Source of the DNA: Antedon mediterranea
Taxonomy: Eukaryota; Animalia; Echinodermata
Length of the DNA stretch: 64,000 bases
Reading direction: 5' to 3'
Assembly: GCF_964355755.1 (NCBI RefSeq)
Contig: NC_092675.1
Location: 16,092,912 to 16,156,911, forward strand
The position numbers were made by a program, and so were the translations under genes. Below, piece by piece: positions 37,101-48,200 of the stretch. How positions within the stretch are numbered: the first letter of the stretch is position 1; each line of letters starts with the position of its first letter. Below the pieces are notes generated by a model, which was not told the origin of the DNA, did not search any database, and was given only the letters and a program-made list of their open reading frames with translations.

Positions 37101-39492
37101 AATTGGCATGATCTATAATACTGAGCGAGTTCTCAATGGTTTGAGTAGTGGGATAATGTTGTAGGCCTATTGGGGAAAGAGAAACCAGAAACGTTTAACC
37201 ATGCTAAATATATATATATATTTTTATATACTGTACATAATATTCAAAGATTGTTAAAATTGTATTTGTGTATGTGCATGGCCCAGTGAAAAACAAACAG
37301 GGGTTGATCTGGGCCTACTTGGTTAAATAAAGTTTAATTGATTTGTCATAATTACTACTGTTTTATAGACCCTATTTATCATGTTTTTCTGTATCCTGCC
37401 TGTCCTGTTTAGTCTTATCTTCAATTGTATTTAATCGTTTTTGAACAGTCTTCTCGGATTAACTTCAATCACGTGGTTTTCCAAGGATCAGCGGAGGAAG
37501 TAAAAGGCATGGATTCTATGCTGGAACGTGTCAGTAGTGTTCAATTCGAAGGAGATGGGAATGCATTCGTTTTCAGTCCTTTTTACTTGGACTACGAGTC
37601 GAACAAGGTTTACGAAATGTCCAATACTTCTTGTATTTAATTGGTATTGATCTTGTTAGTAGTCCTAGTAATGACATTTAATTTACAAAATGAAATATGG
37701 CAAACCAATAAGTGTAACACTGTAAAGCACTTTCTACACTATCAAACTTTATATGACAACAAAATTAGATATACACATGGATGGACACGATGACGTAAAT
37801 AGTACTAAACAAATTTGAGTAAATCACACTTTTTTTGTCAAACTAGTTTGATAGTGTAGATTAATACACAATATAGGCATAATAGTATAACACTTTTTTT
37901 ATATAAAAATAAATAACAGTCTAAATTCGTTACCTCTTTTTAAGGTGATTCAAGATGAGCTACTTCGAAATATGGGCCTAGCATGTGCTTGTGTATTTGT
38001 CATAATTTTGCTGCTACTTGCAAATTTACTCACTTGCTGTCTCGTCTTCATGTCAGTTTTATTTACTCTGGTAAGTATCACAACCTTAAAAGATTCGAAA
38101 CAATAATATTCACACGCTCTGTGATTCGACTAAAACCCCAAATCATGCTCTGCTTATGGAGGAATTACCTGCTCTACTCGAAAAGCATGTACGAACTATA
38201 CTACTGTAGGCCCTATTTGCTTTATGAATCGGAAACTGAAATTCCAGTATACATCGTCTGTATAAATAGTCGTAACAGGCATGATATTTTTGTTAGTTCT
38301 ATTCACACTGGTGTCAGTACTGCATCTATTACGATATCTTTATTTTTGTAATTCACAATATTCAGATTATTAATTGGACCCCATTGGAAACAATGTCTAT
38401 CAGGTTTTACTTTTTCTTTTTGTTGACTTTTGCCAAATAAAATCAAACTAACTTTCCTTATAGATTGATCTAGCTGGATTTGCTCATCATTGGGGTTTGA
38501 CTATTGACACAGTGGTAACAATTAACTTGATTCTATCTATCGGCATTGCTATTGATTATGCAGCTCACATAGGTCATAGTTTTATGACAGTAACAGGCAC
38601 TAAAAACGGTAAGTATATTGTATTTATTACGGTACTGCTTGTGGCCTCAGTAATAAACAATTTAAAAATTATTAATCATAAAATGGCATTAAATAAGGTT
38701 TTGTCTGATGTGTCCCTGCTAGTCAAAATGTAGAAATCTCCTACAATAAATTGGAATATTTTATCATTATATAATAATTTACATATTTTGACATCCTTGA
38801 TCATATCGGTTGAATATTGGTTGATTAAATATTTTGACCTTTTGAATATGTATTGTAGGCCAACTTTCAATCTAGCTATTGATGAACCATTTCTGTTTTA
38901 ATTTACGTTGTTGTGATACAGAACGTGCACAGAAAGCAATTACTTGTATTGCGCCTGCAGTTTTCAACGGCGGCTTGAGTACATTACTTGCATTCATTAT
39001 GTTATCAATATCTCAATCTTATATATTCAAGACATTTTTTAAGGTAAGTTAAGTTTATAACAAAAATAACGTTTGTAACTGTCTGTAAATAAATCAATCA
39101 GAGTAATTAGCAAGAATTATTATGCGCGTAGTTGAAACTATTCAACGTCTTCGTTCCAATGAATTAATGACGCAGCACTACACGAACAGCAATCGAAATG
39201 CGTTATTATTAGACTAATGATGATATTTTTTATTTTTATATAGGTGTTTTTATTGGTTGTTTTATTCGGTTTATTCCACGGTCTAGTATTACTGCCAGTT
39301 TTACTTAGTTGGTTCGGCCCAGCACCATATGCGTCAGCGCTTATTTCACCTACTGGTACCGATATCAGTGTAAACGGCCATGTCATCGGTAATGTGGAAT
39401 CACAGATGAGTTCAGACACCAAACACTTTGATAACTCTGCCTACAATTCAGCAATCGACGAAAAGGAGAATGGCGAGGTGGAAAAGATTTAA
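24274..39492 (+). CDS. Patched-domain-containing (PTCHD3/Ptr-like, NPC1-related) sterol-sensing RND membrane protein, paralogue A, about 890 aa
   Basis: 17 GT-AG exons in one open frame (2673 nt): 24274-24353, 25822-26065, 26740-26807, 27140-27256, 28122-28263, 28728-28822, 33820-33940, 34286-34409, 35383-35492, 35948-36262, 36453-36590, 36739-37056, 37449-37607, 37945-38070, 38464-38608, 38922-39043, 39244-39492. Motifs PFLLLGIGVDDMFV, TTILPALRSFC, IGIAIDYAAHI, GLFHGLVLLPVLLS. No NPC1 N-terminal domain. Confidence 0.93.
24929..24974. repeat. 32-bp perfect palindrome between 7-bp direct repeats (probable P-like transposon excision footprint)
   Basis: GTTGATT | CATGGAGTTATAAAAT ATTTTATAACTCCATG | GTTGATT. 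Confidence 0.7.
25127..25161. repeat. (TAA)n microsatellite
   Basis: Run of TAA units seen directly. Confidence 0.9.
26324..26476. mobile_element. PIF/Harbinger-like MITE, family 2
   Basis: TCTGTCTACACTGTCAAAC...GTTTGATACGTAGACAGAGCT; same family as 37727-37862, 49258-49409 and 56399-56512. Confidence 0.7.
26998..27112. mobile_element. PIF/Harbinger-like palindromic MITE, family 1
   Basis: GACGCAACGCAAG...TTGACCAATCACAAGCGA arms mirrored by TCGCTTATCATTGGTCAA...CTTGCGTTGCGTC; ends AACCAAGCT before TTA. Confidence 0.7.
27281..27520 (-). mobile_element. SINE-like or LINE 3' end with L2-type tail
   Basis: Minus strand ends GCGCCTTGAG...ATGTGCGCTATAAAAATC(TTA)n, resembling the tail of the L2 element at 33200-33269. 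5' limit uncertain. Confidence 0.55.
28009..28062 (-). mobile_element. Truncated HINE-family copy
   Basis: TGCTCAAGTTAGTGTTTACCGACCAACCGACCGACATAGTGAGCTGTAGAGT matches the family core. Confidence 0.6.
28868..29263. mobile_element. Cluster of three PIF/Harbinger-like family 1 MITEs
   Basis: Copies at 28868-29023, about 29020-29080 (partial) and 29085-29263. The last has termini AGCGTGGTTCCCACTAG / CTAGTGGGAACCAAGCT with TTA on both sides. Confidence 0.8.
31003..33269 (+). mobile_element. Young 5'-truncated L2-clade LINE with 8-bp TSD, in intron 6 of paralogue A
   Basis: AATATGCC at 30995-31002 and 33270-33277. Starts in the endonuclease C-terminus (TLDLLITR, ISDH). 3' end GAAGCGCC...GTGCGCTATACAAG(TAA)n. 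Confidence 0.9.
31140..33197 (+). CDS. LINE ORF2 reverse transcriptase (685-aa open frame, N-terminally truncated)
   Basis: NYRPVSNLSFVSKLVE, YQSAYRKGFSTETAL, IDLSAAFDTVNH, VPQGSICGP, YADD, LKMNSEKTE, LHWLP, RSFAVAGPTIWNRLP; no stops. Confidence 0.9.
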   Translation: MANHYNTQLLAALDKHAPIVEKTTTVRRSLPWFDDEANVLKKQLLCAEKTLRKSATDENRSAYNDLRNSYERYLRLAKYEFINGAIKEAGNNSKKLYKIVFELIGRRKNNPLPPHETDKQLADDFISFFMGKIEKIREELEHFPLYEQERLMANEFIAFQEVSEDDVRKLIICAKPTTCSTDPLPSTLVKQHLDTLLPLITRMINNSLCNGVFAHRWKISVIKPLIKKKGVKCILRNYRPVSNLSFVSKLVERACLNQFIAYVENNTLLPAYQSAYRKGFSTETALVKLTNDVLWNMELQRVSALVCIDLSAAFDTVNHEVLLDVLQNKFGVANAALNWFNTYLRPRFANVTIGETNSETANFSFSVPQGSICGPVLYTIYASTLQDHISKFDISVMGYADDHSVYDSFNPNSSSSMENTITKLQECLISINDWMKSNRLKMNSEKTEFILLGSRAQLLKCEKDHIIVCQDRIPRGSSVKYLGVNIDDQLSFKNHIRDKCRTIAVNLYYIRQIRKFLSKDLCQQLVQSLVLSHIDYANALYYGLPANILAPMKRLLHQAAKIIVRKGRYDSATNAMRSLHWLPMSHRCQFKIACLVWRSLKGSAPSYLRDILTVRNVSRSTRSSTSNYNLTIPRTKRKTFADRSFAVAGPTIWNRLPSHIKHLDDYNQFKKHLKALYFKQCYDTN
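33982..34155. mobile_element. Harbinger-like MITE (degenerate)
   Basis: Imperfect TIRs AGGGCAATTTAAACA / TATGTAAATTGGCCT; TTA on the left flank. Confidence 0.45.
34589..35299. mobile_element. Non-autonomous DNA transposon with 5-bp TSD
   Basis: TIRs CTGGGGCGGATCCA / TAGATCCTCCCCAG. GATTG at 34584-34588 and 35300-35304. Internal duplication of about 55 bp (34776 and 34895). Confidence 0.75.
37727..37862. mobile_element. PIF/Harbinger-like MITE, family 2 (degenerate)
   Basis: TCTACACTATCAAAC...GTTTGATAGTGTAGA inverted arms. Confidence 0.65.
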
Positions 39493-40323
39493 AGTATTCA
39501 GCCGGCAACTGTTTTTTTAAATTGCCTCTATCCGTCTTAAATAGGACGACTTTAGAGATTGATGCAAAGTCACTCGTAACTTGTATAAATGAAAATAGAT
39601 TATAGATAAGATATTGAAGAGATGCAGGTTCAATTACTACAAATTAATTCTGATTTACGATTATAAGAGCTAAAGCAACTAGTCTAAAAGTGAAGTGGTT
39701 GGTGTTGAACTGCAGAATTACATTTTTAAACAAATATCATTAGTTGATGATGTGGCCCTTTCATTCTACTTAGTTATAGCGTTAACCCTACATTACATTC
39801 CAATACCTCTTTACAATGTTATGTATTGTCTAATTATAAAATTAATGTTTATAGTGATGTCAGTATTGTTGGTACTAGTTAATTTAATATAAATCTTTTA
39901 ATCTAAATTATAAACATTTCGTAAACGAGTAATATAAAAGATAATCATTTAGAATTTAGAATTTTGATTTGAAGTGAGGTGCGTTTGTATTAAGCTTGTT
40001 TACATTAAGTAGCTCATGTTGTAGTAGTTTAAGCATGGATAAATTAATTTCTCCGTGGTTTAAGCAGGGAGGTGTAACTCTCAGGTTTAAGTAGTTTAGT
40101 CGCAAGGAAAGGACTTTCAAACGTTATTCACCAAATACTGTTTTGTTACCTTTGTGAATTCACGTGTATATATATATATTATAATATTTATTTAGTTGTA
40201 GTTGCAAACATAACGTATCTATTTTCTACTTTTACCAGTACTGATACCGAGTACAGTTACTAAATACCTCATTTCTACAGCGCTTTTTTCATGAATGCAA
40301 AAATGCATTATGACTGGGATTGA

Positions 40324-40446
40324 AGCTTGGTTCACACAACAAGTAAATTAAGCAATCACAACTCGTTAGATCACATAAACTGTTGCTTGTGATTGGTCAA
40401 CGCACTTGCGCTGTCTAAGTTGCGTCCTTTAAGTGGGAACCAAGCT
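40324..40446. mobile_element. PIF/Harbinger-like MITE, family 1
   Basis: AGCTTGGTTCACAC / GTGGGAACCAAGCT termini. Confidence 0.65.
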
Positions 40447-41861
40447 TTAGAATTTAGTAATAATATTACGAACTCGTAGGCTACTGGGTCCGTCTCCTTT
40501 AGAGGCACCGAATAAGTATTAATGTATAAGCCATTTTGGTAAATATTTATTGAGAAAGTGGAGTGGATAAGCAAACTCAAGCAATATTTAAAAGAACAAT
40601 AATATGAGAACAATACGTATATATACCCCCAATCTTTCTTTGGATTTGGATCCGTCAAATCATTGATCTAACCTCCCTAGCAGCATATAGTCTTTCTCTT
40701 AGTTTCTTTTGGCTTAACACTAGTTTGATTATTTCATTTAATACGCAGAAATATATTGGTCGATTGATTGGCTATATTGGTATATCAGATTAGAGGTCGT
40801 AACATCGAATAATTAATTTAATCAGCAAAGAGTAATGTTACCGAATTCAGAATAAATATTCGAATGAGAACACAATAGGCCTAGCACTTAAAAGAAAAAT
40901 ATGAGATTGAATACAAATTTTAAAGCAATATCAATTTTAAACGCACAAACTCTAAAAGAATACGAAGTTAGGTTATGATTATATTGATAATATAAAAGTG
41001 ATAAATGAATGAATTGCTTAAAGCCAAATTCGATGATATACCTCACATCTTGAATATCCTATTATTGTTAACACAGCAGCTTTTAAGTTATTTAGTTTAC
41101 CAAGGTTTACATTTTTACAATAATAAATTATACTATGCTTTACATTAATTTTTCTCTCTCTTATTTTCGGAATAATTTGAAAAGCGCCATAAGTTTTTGT
41201 AATTGTTAGTGCGATTCTCCCTCTTGTCTAGTAATACATTCTTTTAATTGCACGAAGCGTCTTTCGCTGCACCAAAAATACCACCAATGTACCCAAATTA
41301 ATGGTGTGATAAGGTGGGTATATCAGGCAAATAAGATTTTACAAACACATAAATTGAATCAGAAGGGGTGACGATGTTTGTGTTTATCAAACCCATTTGA
41401 CAGACTTAGACTTTTTGTATTATCAATCCTATAATGTATAGGTCCATGATCAAATGATTGTGTATGTATCTTGCATATCAACAAATCCGAACCCTAATAC
41501 ATGACTTATAGTTATCTGACGTCATTTCAATAATCTTTTGATAAACTAACGTTTCCGTTTTTCGACGCTTAACGAGAAAACAAGTAATTCCAATCCCAAC
41601 AAAAATACAACCAGTGATGCAGACAACACAACACAATATTATACGGTAGGATTTTGTCAATAAACTTTATACTAAGAGGTGTACAGTGATATATAAAGAA
41701 TAATTTTTTCTAAACAGAACTACATGTTATAATAATAATCTATTGAAGCTACACTTTTACAACCGTGGCACGTCAGGTTCATACACGGTGCGTTCTTAAA
41801 AATATATGTATACAAAATCAAAACAACAAACCGATACAAAAATAATAATCACGATCGCTGT

Positions 41862-42930
41862 CAGGCCCGTAGCCAGGGGGGTTTTATGGTTCGGGCGAAC
41901 CCCCCCCCCCCCCCCCCTTTACAGCGAACCCCCCTTAACCGACTGCGAACCCCATCCCCGACATGCCCAATACCTCACCCTCATCTCCGAAAATCGTCCA
42001 AATACGTGCCCCACAGTACAAAAAGTTGTTCGTAAATTGAAAAATTCGTAAACTCGTTCGAAATAACTCATACAGTACCTTCTTCCCTGTATGAGCGTAC
42101 TTCGAGCGATACGTGTCTGTAAATTTCTAAGAGTTGCAAATGAATTGCCGATTTTAACCTGAAAAATAAATGTTTGGTCCCTGCATGTAACATGATATTG
42201 ACGCGTCTCACAGCGAGCTGGGGCACGAACGATTCGTACAAAGGACACCGCCAGACAACTGCGTACCAATTGTTTAGATCACTGGCAGTCAGACAGCATG
42301 CATAAAGTATAGCCTTCCGACATACATCAGTATTTATGTGTGGCTATGAAGTGTAATGTATCATAGAGGATCATAGTGAATATTAATATTTTACACTATA
42401 ATATCTATGGTATCATGTACTGTAGTTCACATTATGGCATCCGATTATTTTTTTCTAGACCACCAGCCGATACGTACTCAAATGTATCAATATCACCTAT
42501 TTACATTGGCATAATTAATTTCCTCAACAAATTGCTGTAAATAAATATTATAGATAGAGCTATAATAAGAATTGCATTTGCCTTCACCCAGTGTGCTTTT
42601 TTCGGGGCTTCTCCTAGACGTACGTTCGCATTGAACTTGAACGCAAAATAAAATACCGAGTAAATGATCAAACAATCGGCGGTTCCGCACAGAGCACGCG
42701 CATCTAACATACGACAACACATGTTATCGTTTAAATAGTACACGAGTCCAAGTACGATCGTTTTGCTCATTGGTAGCATGCTGCATGAGAGTGTCTTTTC
42801 TGGCCATCTAGGGGTGTCATTTAACAAAATTCGCTTCGCCTCAGGCCCCACCCCAGGGGGGGTTGACCCAAATACTTAGTGTCCGAAACCCCCCCCCCCC
42901 CCCTCTTGACAAATCCTGGCTACGGCCCTG
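41862..42930. mobile_element. Non-autonomous DNA transposon with 5-bp TSD
   Basis: 16-bp TIR CAGGCCCGTAGCCAGG / CCTGGCTACGGCCCTG (one mismatch). GCTGT at 41857-41861 and 42931-42935. Poly-C tracts near both ends. Confidence 0.85.
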
Positions 42931-43223
42931 GCTGTAGTAGTCGGTCACTGAGATATAGGCTACAACAAATTACAAAAATTAAGTAGTAATAACTAAAAAT
43001 AATAACTGACAATAGTCCATCCTCAGTATGCAGCTTTCTATTTAGGTGCACTTATTTATAGTGAAGTTTCCGTGTATTTAAATTCAGTGAAAGCACAATT
43101 GGTGCACATATTTCCGTTGTTCCTTTTCGCCATTTTGTGTATAAATTTTGTTTTTTTCTTTTTACGCATATTATGATGAATCACCTTCTGTTATTCGAAC
43201 AATGATAAATGCTGAGAACCTTC

Positions 43224-43331
43224 TTTAGTCGCGTGCAACGCGACTCTTTTAGCTCACTATGTCGATCGGTCTGTCTGTAAACACTAACTCAAATTTGCGC
43301 ACGCGACTGTAGCCATGTATATGGCCTTATT
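43224..43331 (+). mobile_element. Helentron-associated (HINE/DINE-1-like) element, most complete copy
   Basis: TTT, subTIR AGTCGCGTGC with adjacent IR ACGCGACT (5' hairpin), GTCY-like repeats, 3' subTIR GCACGCGACT, 3' hairpin GCCATGTATATGGC; no TSD. Confidence 0.8.
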
Positions 43332-43887
43332 TGTATTGTTGCCACAGTCGGTGGCCTATTGATTGGAAATGAAATAATATTTAAAAAACAAATGAAGAAA
43401 AAAGGGAATCGCCGTTTAGAATCTCATCAGCAATCAACAATTCAAAATGGTTTCAATTTTACATTCCTGTACTTAAAAACTAATTTATTAAACATTGACG
43501 TCATTATTCATATAAAGCACTAAATCAACAATCCTCTAATTTCCATAACGGATTTATTTTATTTTCAAATTATCTGACGTCATTATTCCAAATACAAGTT
43601 CGTTAAATCCCATCTTCGTACGAATACTAAATTGTCTATGAAGTCGGTCTGGTGCTAATCTCTGCTGTATATAATGATAATAGGTATTTACAAACAAACG
43701 ACGTAGTCAATAGTCATTTAAATATCTAACAAAGGTATTGTATAGGATACAAAAAGTACATATCGGACCTGACTCAGGCACTTGGCGTTTGAAATTAATG
43801 CAGATTTGTAGTTCTTCTATTTGAGTGTAGAATCTTGATACACACGGACTCATTTGTCATCGACAGTAGGTTAACATCGGAGTCGCC

Positions 43888-45048
43888 ATGACTGTTCAGA
43901 AAAGCGAGAATTGCTGCAAACACATAAGTAATGCAGTTATATCGACATTCGAGAAATTGTTTTCAAGGTTCGTATATTGTTTACCTGATTGTATAGATCA
44001 TAGAATTTGTAGGCCTAATGAGCTAAAGTATCATTAACAATTCAGACAGTTTTTCTAAATTCTTATTATTACCTATAAATGCTTTTATCCTTTTGTACTT
44101 TCTTTTCGTGTTATGAAAGTAAAGAGAAAATAGCATAGAATATCATTATAAATTATTCAGAATATACAGGATTACTCCGAGCTCTAACCTCGGCTCTAAC
44201 CATTTAAATAGAATCTATCTATGAGGTTGATCAATTCTTTCTCGTATCCTAAACTGAAGGCATACGTAATACCGTAACGAACAGTTACATTAGTTACTAA
44301 TTTGTTTTAGTATCATTATGGTACTAAATGAGTGACTAACGAAACTGTGATAGTGCTACTAAGTCTCTTGTTGAGAAAATCATTGACCACTGCCACATAG
44401 TATAGGATCTTTATTTTCAGTGGCTATGCCTACCGTGCTTAAACTCATCCATGTTCAAAATACGAAAATAAGTTATAATTCCTTTATTGTTAAATTTATC
44501 TCTTCTCACAAAAAGGAATTATATTATATAACCCTAAACCTTGACGTATTTCATAGATATCAATGTATAGTTATTATTGTACAGCCTAATTACAGCAAAA
44601 AAAAAACAGCAGCTTAAGTGCATCATCCGGGTCACATTAGCAACAGCCAATCAACAGTGGTGACAAGGAGCAATTATTCAATTTTTCATTTTATTCAAAA
44701 ATTATATTATTTAAAAATTCATATCCATGGAAATACAAATGTACAAGAAATAGCATTAAAAACTAATTTCTGATGTATTACATGACTGTAAATATAATAT
44801 ATATCTATAGTATAGTAAGAATTTCGTCTTTTCTTTAAAATAATTCATCTATCGCTGTAGCCAGTTTCGGTATCATGTAATCGTGTCGCTGTAGTTACAG
44901 TTGCACGGAATGGTGTCCAGTTTTTAACCAACATCGAAACCAGTTTATAGAAGTACCGGGGTGGTGTCCGCCGGAGGATAGTTTCATCATGTAGTTTTTC
45001 TATTTATTCATTTAAATGTACATGTGTTTTATATACAAATGACAATGA

Positions 45049-45083
<35 letters not shown>

Positions 45084-45229
45084 GACTTACTTACTTACTT
45101 ACTTATTTACTTACTTACTTACTTACTTACCTACTTACTTACTTACTTACCTACTTACTTACTTACTTACTTACTTAATTACTTACTTACTTACTTACTT
45201 ACTTACTAACTTACTTACTTACTTACTTA

Positions 45230-45261
<32 letters not shown>

Positions 45262-48200
45262 TTCTACATAATTGTAAAGCCATGAATAACTTTACCTTTT
45301 TTCCCTTAGAATCGGATCTTTTATTGGTAGATATCCATCCGTATGCATTGTCATATCTATTGCTGTAACGATTATTTTTGGGACGGGATTACTGTTGATA
45401 AATGAAGAAAATAGACGAGAAAAATTATGGATACCCTCAGAATCAGACAACCAGAACTACTTTGATTATGTCAGTAATAACTACAAAGATCCTTTCTACG
45501 AGTTGCTTGTTTTTGAAAATAAAAATATGTTAACGCCAGAATCATTGAAAGCTGTAAGTAGAATAAATGATTCAAGATATATTTGTCCAATATAATTCCA
45601 ACATTTTTAGCTAACATAGCATCACTGCCAACATCATTCATAACCATGACCTTCTATATATACATTTACGTAAGGGCAAAATTCGGTAAATCGCGCGTTA
45701 CTTCTAGAATTTTTACTCGATGGTATATAGGCATAAAGTTGGTTTATACGTTCGGTACTGATTTTAACCACCTAACATAACCCTGTTTGCTAATTAAGTT
45801 GAGTTAGATAATTAGTTATTGACGATTAAAATTAGGTTCAACGTTTTGCCCAAATAGGGGTGTTTTCCGATCGTAGTATACACTGTCTAATGGATGTCGA
45901 TGCTGAAAAAATACCTGTACACTAATACGAGAATGCTTCGCATTTATCTGTCTCTACGATTATTGTTTTTAATAGCTGAAAACCGGCTAAAAATCTACAG
46001 AGTACAGCATCATATTATGTTGAAGACAAGCCGATTCGGATTTTCGATCTATTTTGATAGATTTAATATACATTTATACAATGTATTAATTTGCGATGAA
46101 TGGAACAATCCAATCAGTCTCAGTATAATTATTTGGTTTAACACAAGTCGGTAAATTTATGCGTTCTTGGGGATAACATTAAACCTTTAGATATAGTATT
46201 GCAATACTTTGACGCTCAAACAAGCTTCATCGTTGGCTATTTTTAAGAAGAAATATAAACTTTCTTTTATTAATTTATATTAATTTATACTAAGCTAATG
46301 TCTATATTATGCCATGATTTCATGCATGCATGTGTATGTATAATGTAATGTACAGTTTGTTGGCATGGCCTATATGGCCGGGCACATTTAACATTTCTGC
46401 TTCTGTTTTGAACCTCATCTGGTATTTGGTTGTCCTGGCAATGGTATTCCCTAACAATGCGCGTCCCCATTTATAATTTGGTCTATTCGTCTATCTTATT
46501 TATTTATTTATTTAATTATTTATTCATTTATTTATTAATTTGTTTATTTATTCTTTTTACGGTAGCTTAATTAATGTAACTAGTTTTTAGTGGGCCTATC
46601 ACAAGCCCCTTGGGGTTTCTTGGAGGTCCCTTTCATTGTTAAAAATATGTTTTACTCATTGCTTGCTTGTTTTTGTTTGTTTTTATGCAAAGAATAAAGA
46701 GATTTATGTTATGTTATGTTATGTTGACAATACTGTAAATACGTATTTTTTTACGACATTTTTGGTCGCCATTTGGAGCGCTAATTTCTTACTTTACGTT
46801 TGGGTACTGTTAGCTATATACATATACAAATACTTACTGACAGTTGCTTCACAACGTTTGTATTAATTAGTAATTACAAAAAATATAAACGTCGTAGTGG
46901 TGTATCGTGACATATGTACTTTAATATTTCAATCAACTATGAAAGTGACAGTTTCAACAATCTATTAGGCCTATATCTTAAATGTTTTATTAGTGGTATA
47001 TTATTCATAAAACATGAAAATAAATATTTCAGACAATTTTAGGCAATACTATAAATTGGAAATAAAATGGTATTAAGGTTCATTAATGAGTAGTCCATTG
47101 CATAACATACATTGTGTCAATCACTGTAATTGTTTCCATGTTATATTTGATATTTCTTTCTTTTGTAGATGTTAAAAATAGATGAAGAGGTAAAAGCAAT
47201 AAATGTCGGTAAAAGCTGGGAGTCCATCTGCGCTAGGTATATTGTATATAATTTTAATTATAATAAAGGTTCTGATTTGAATTTTAATATGCATATATTT
47301 AAATTGATTTGGTTACCACTGTAAATACACATTTTTCTTATACGTAAACCACATTGGATATAAAGAATGTGGAAAGACAATTTTTATATAACAATTAAAA
47401 GATAGTTCGTGGAAAGATTTGATAGATTGGTTCTTTAACGTTAAACCATGGAATTAATAGTAATCTCCAGGTTTACCGACTAATGATTGGCCGACCTCTA
47501 TTATTAATATTTGCAATCGTATACATACAACATGTCGGATGTAAACAACAATAATACATAAATGAATGTATACGTAATCATTCATATTGATCTTTTTGTC
47601 TCTAAACAAAGGTTTGGTGGCGATTGTTACGTCTCAAGTATACTGGAACTTTGGGGATTCAACAGAACTGTTATAGAGAGTTTGACACAAGAGGATATCA
47701 TTAAAAAAATCAATAATGAGTCAGATTTAATCAGGTATTTATCAGGTATTTATTATATTTGGCCAAAATCAATTTCAATAATAATATACAAAAGAACAAG
47801 ATTACAAGCAATACAATTGAAATTAGAGTTAAAAATGTCATTAAAGGCAGAAAACATGCGATAAACAAATACAGTTAGGCCTCTTTTTAAAAACTATACA
47901 AAGTTATAAGTTTGATATTGTACAAACTTCGAAAAAGTGAGGCAATTCATAAATGCTTACCCACTTTTGTATTTGTTTGTTTGTATTTATATTAATGAAC
48001 GGTACAGGCTACATATGCTTTTCTAAACTTCATTCCATGACCTTCCATATAATAGGTAGTAGTAGTAGTAGGTATTACATATCATTCTACTGTACTAGTA
48101 GGAAGATTGAAGGGATTAATCTGGAATTTATATTGATTACGTCAAGCCAACATCCGGGTTACAAGGACAATGTTTCTTAACTAATAGTCACAATAACTTA

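Noticed and set aside
41919-42851. ORFs of 75-116 aa inside the 5-bp-TSD element
   Set aside because: No recognisable transposase or other motifs; overlapping frames on both strands suggest chance ORFs in higher-GC sequence.
45024-45209. Leu/Thr/Tyr-rich ORF
   Set aside because: Translation of the (ACTT)n microsatellite.
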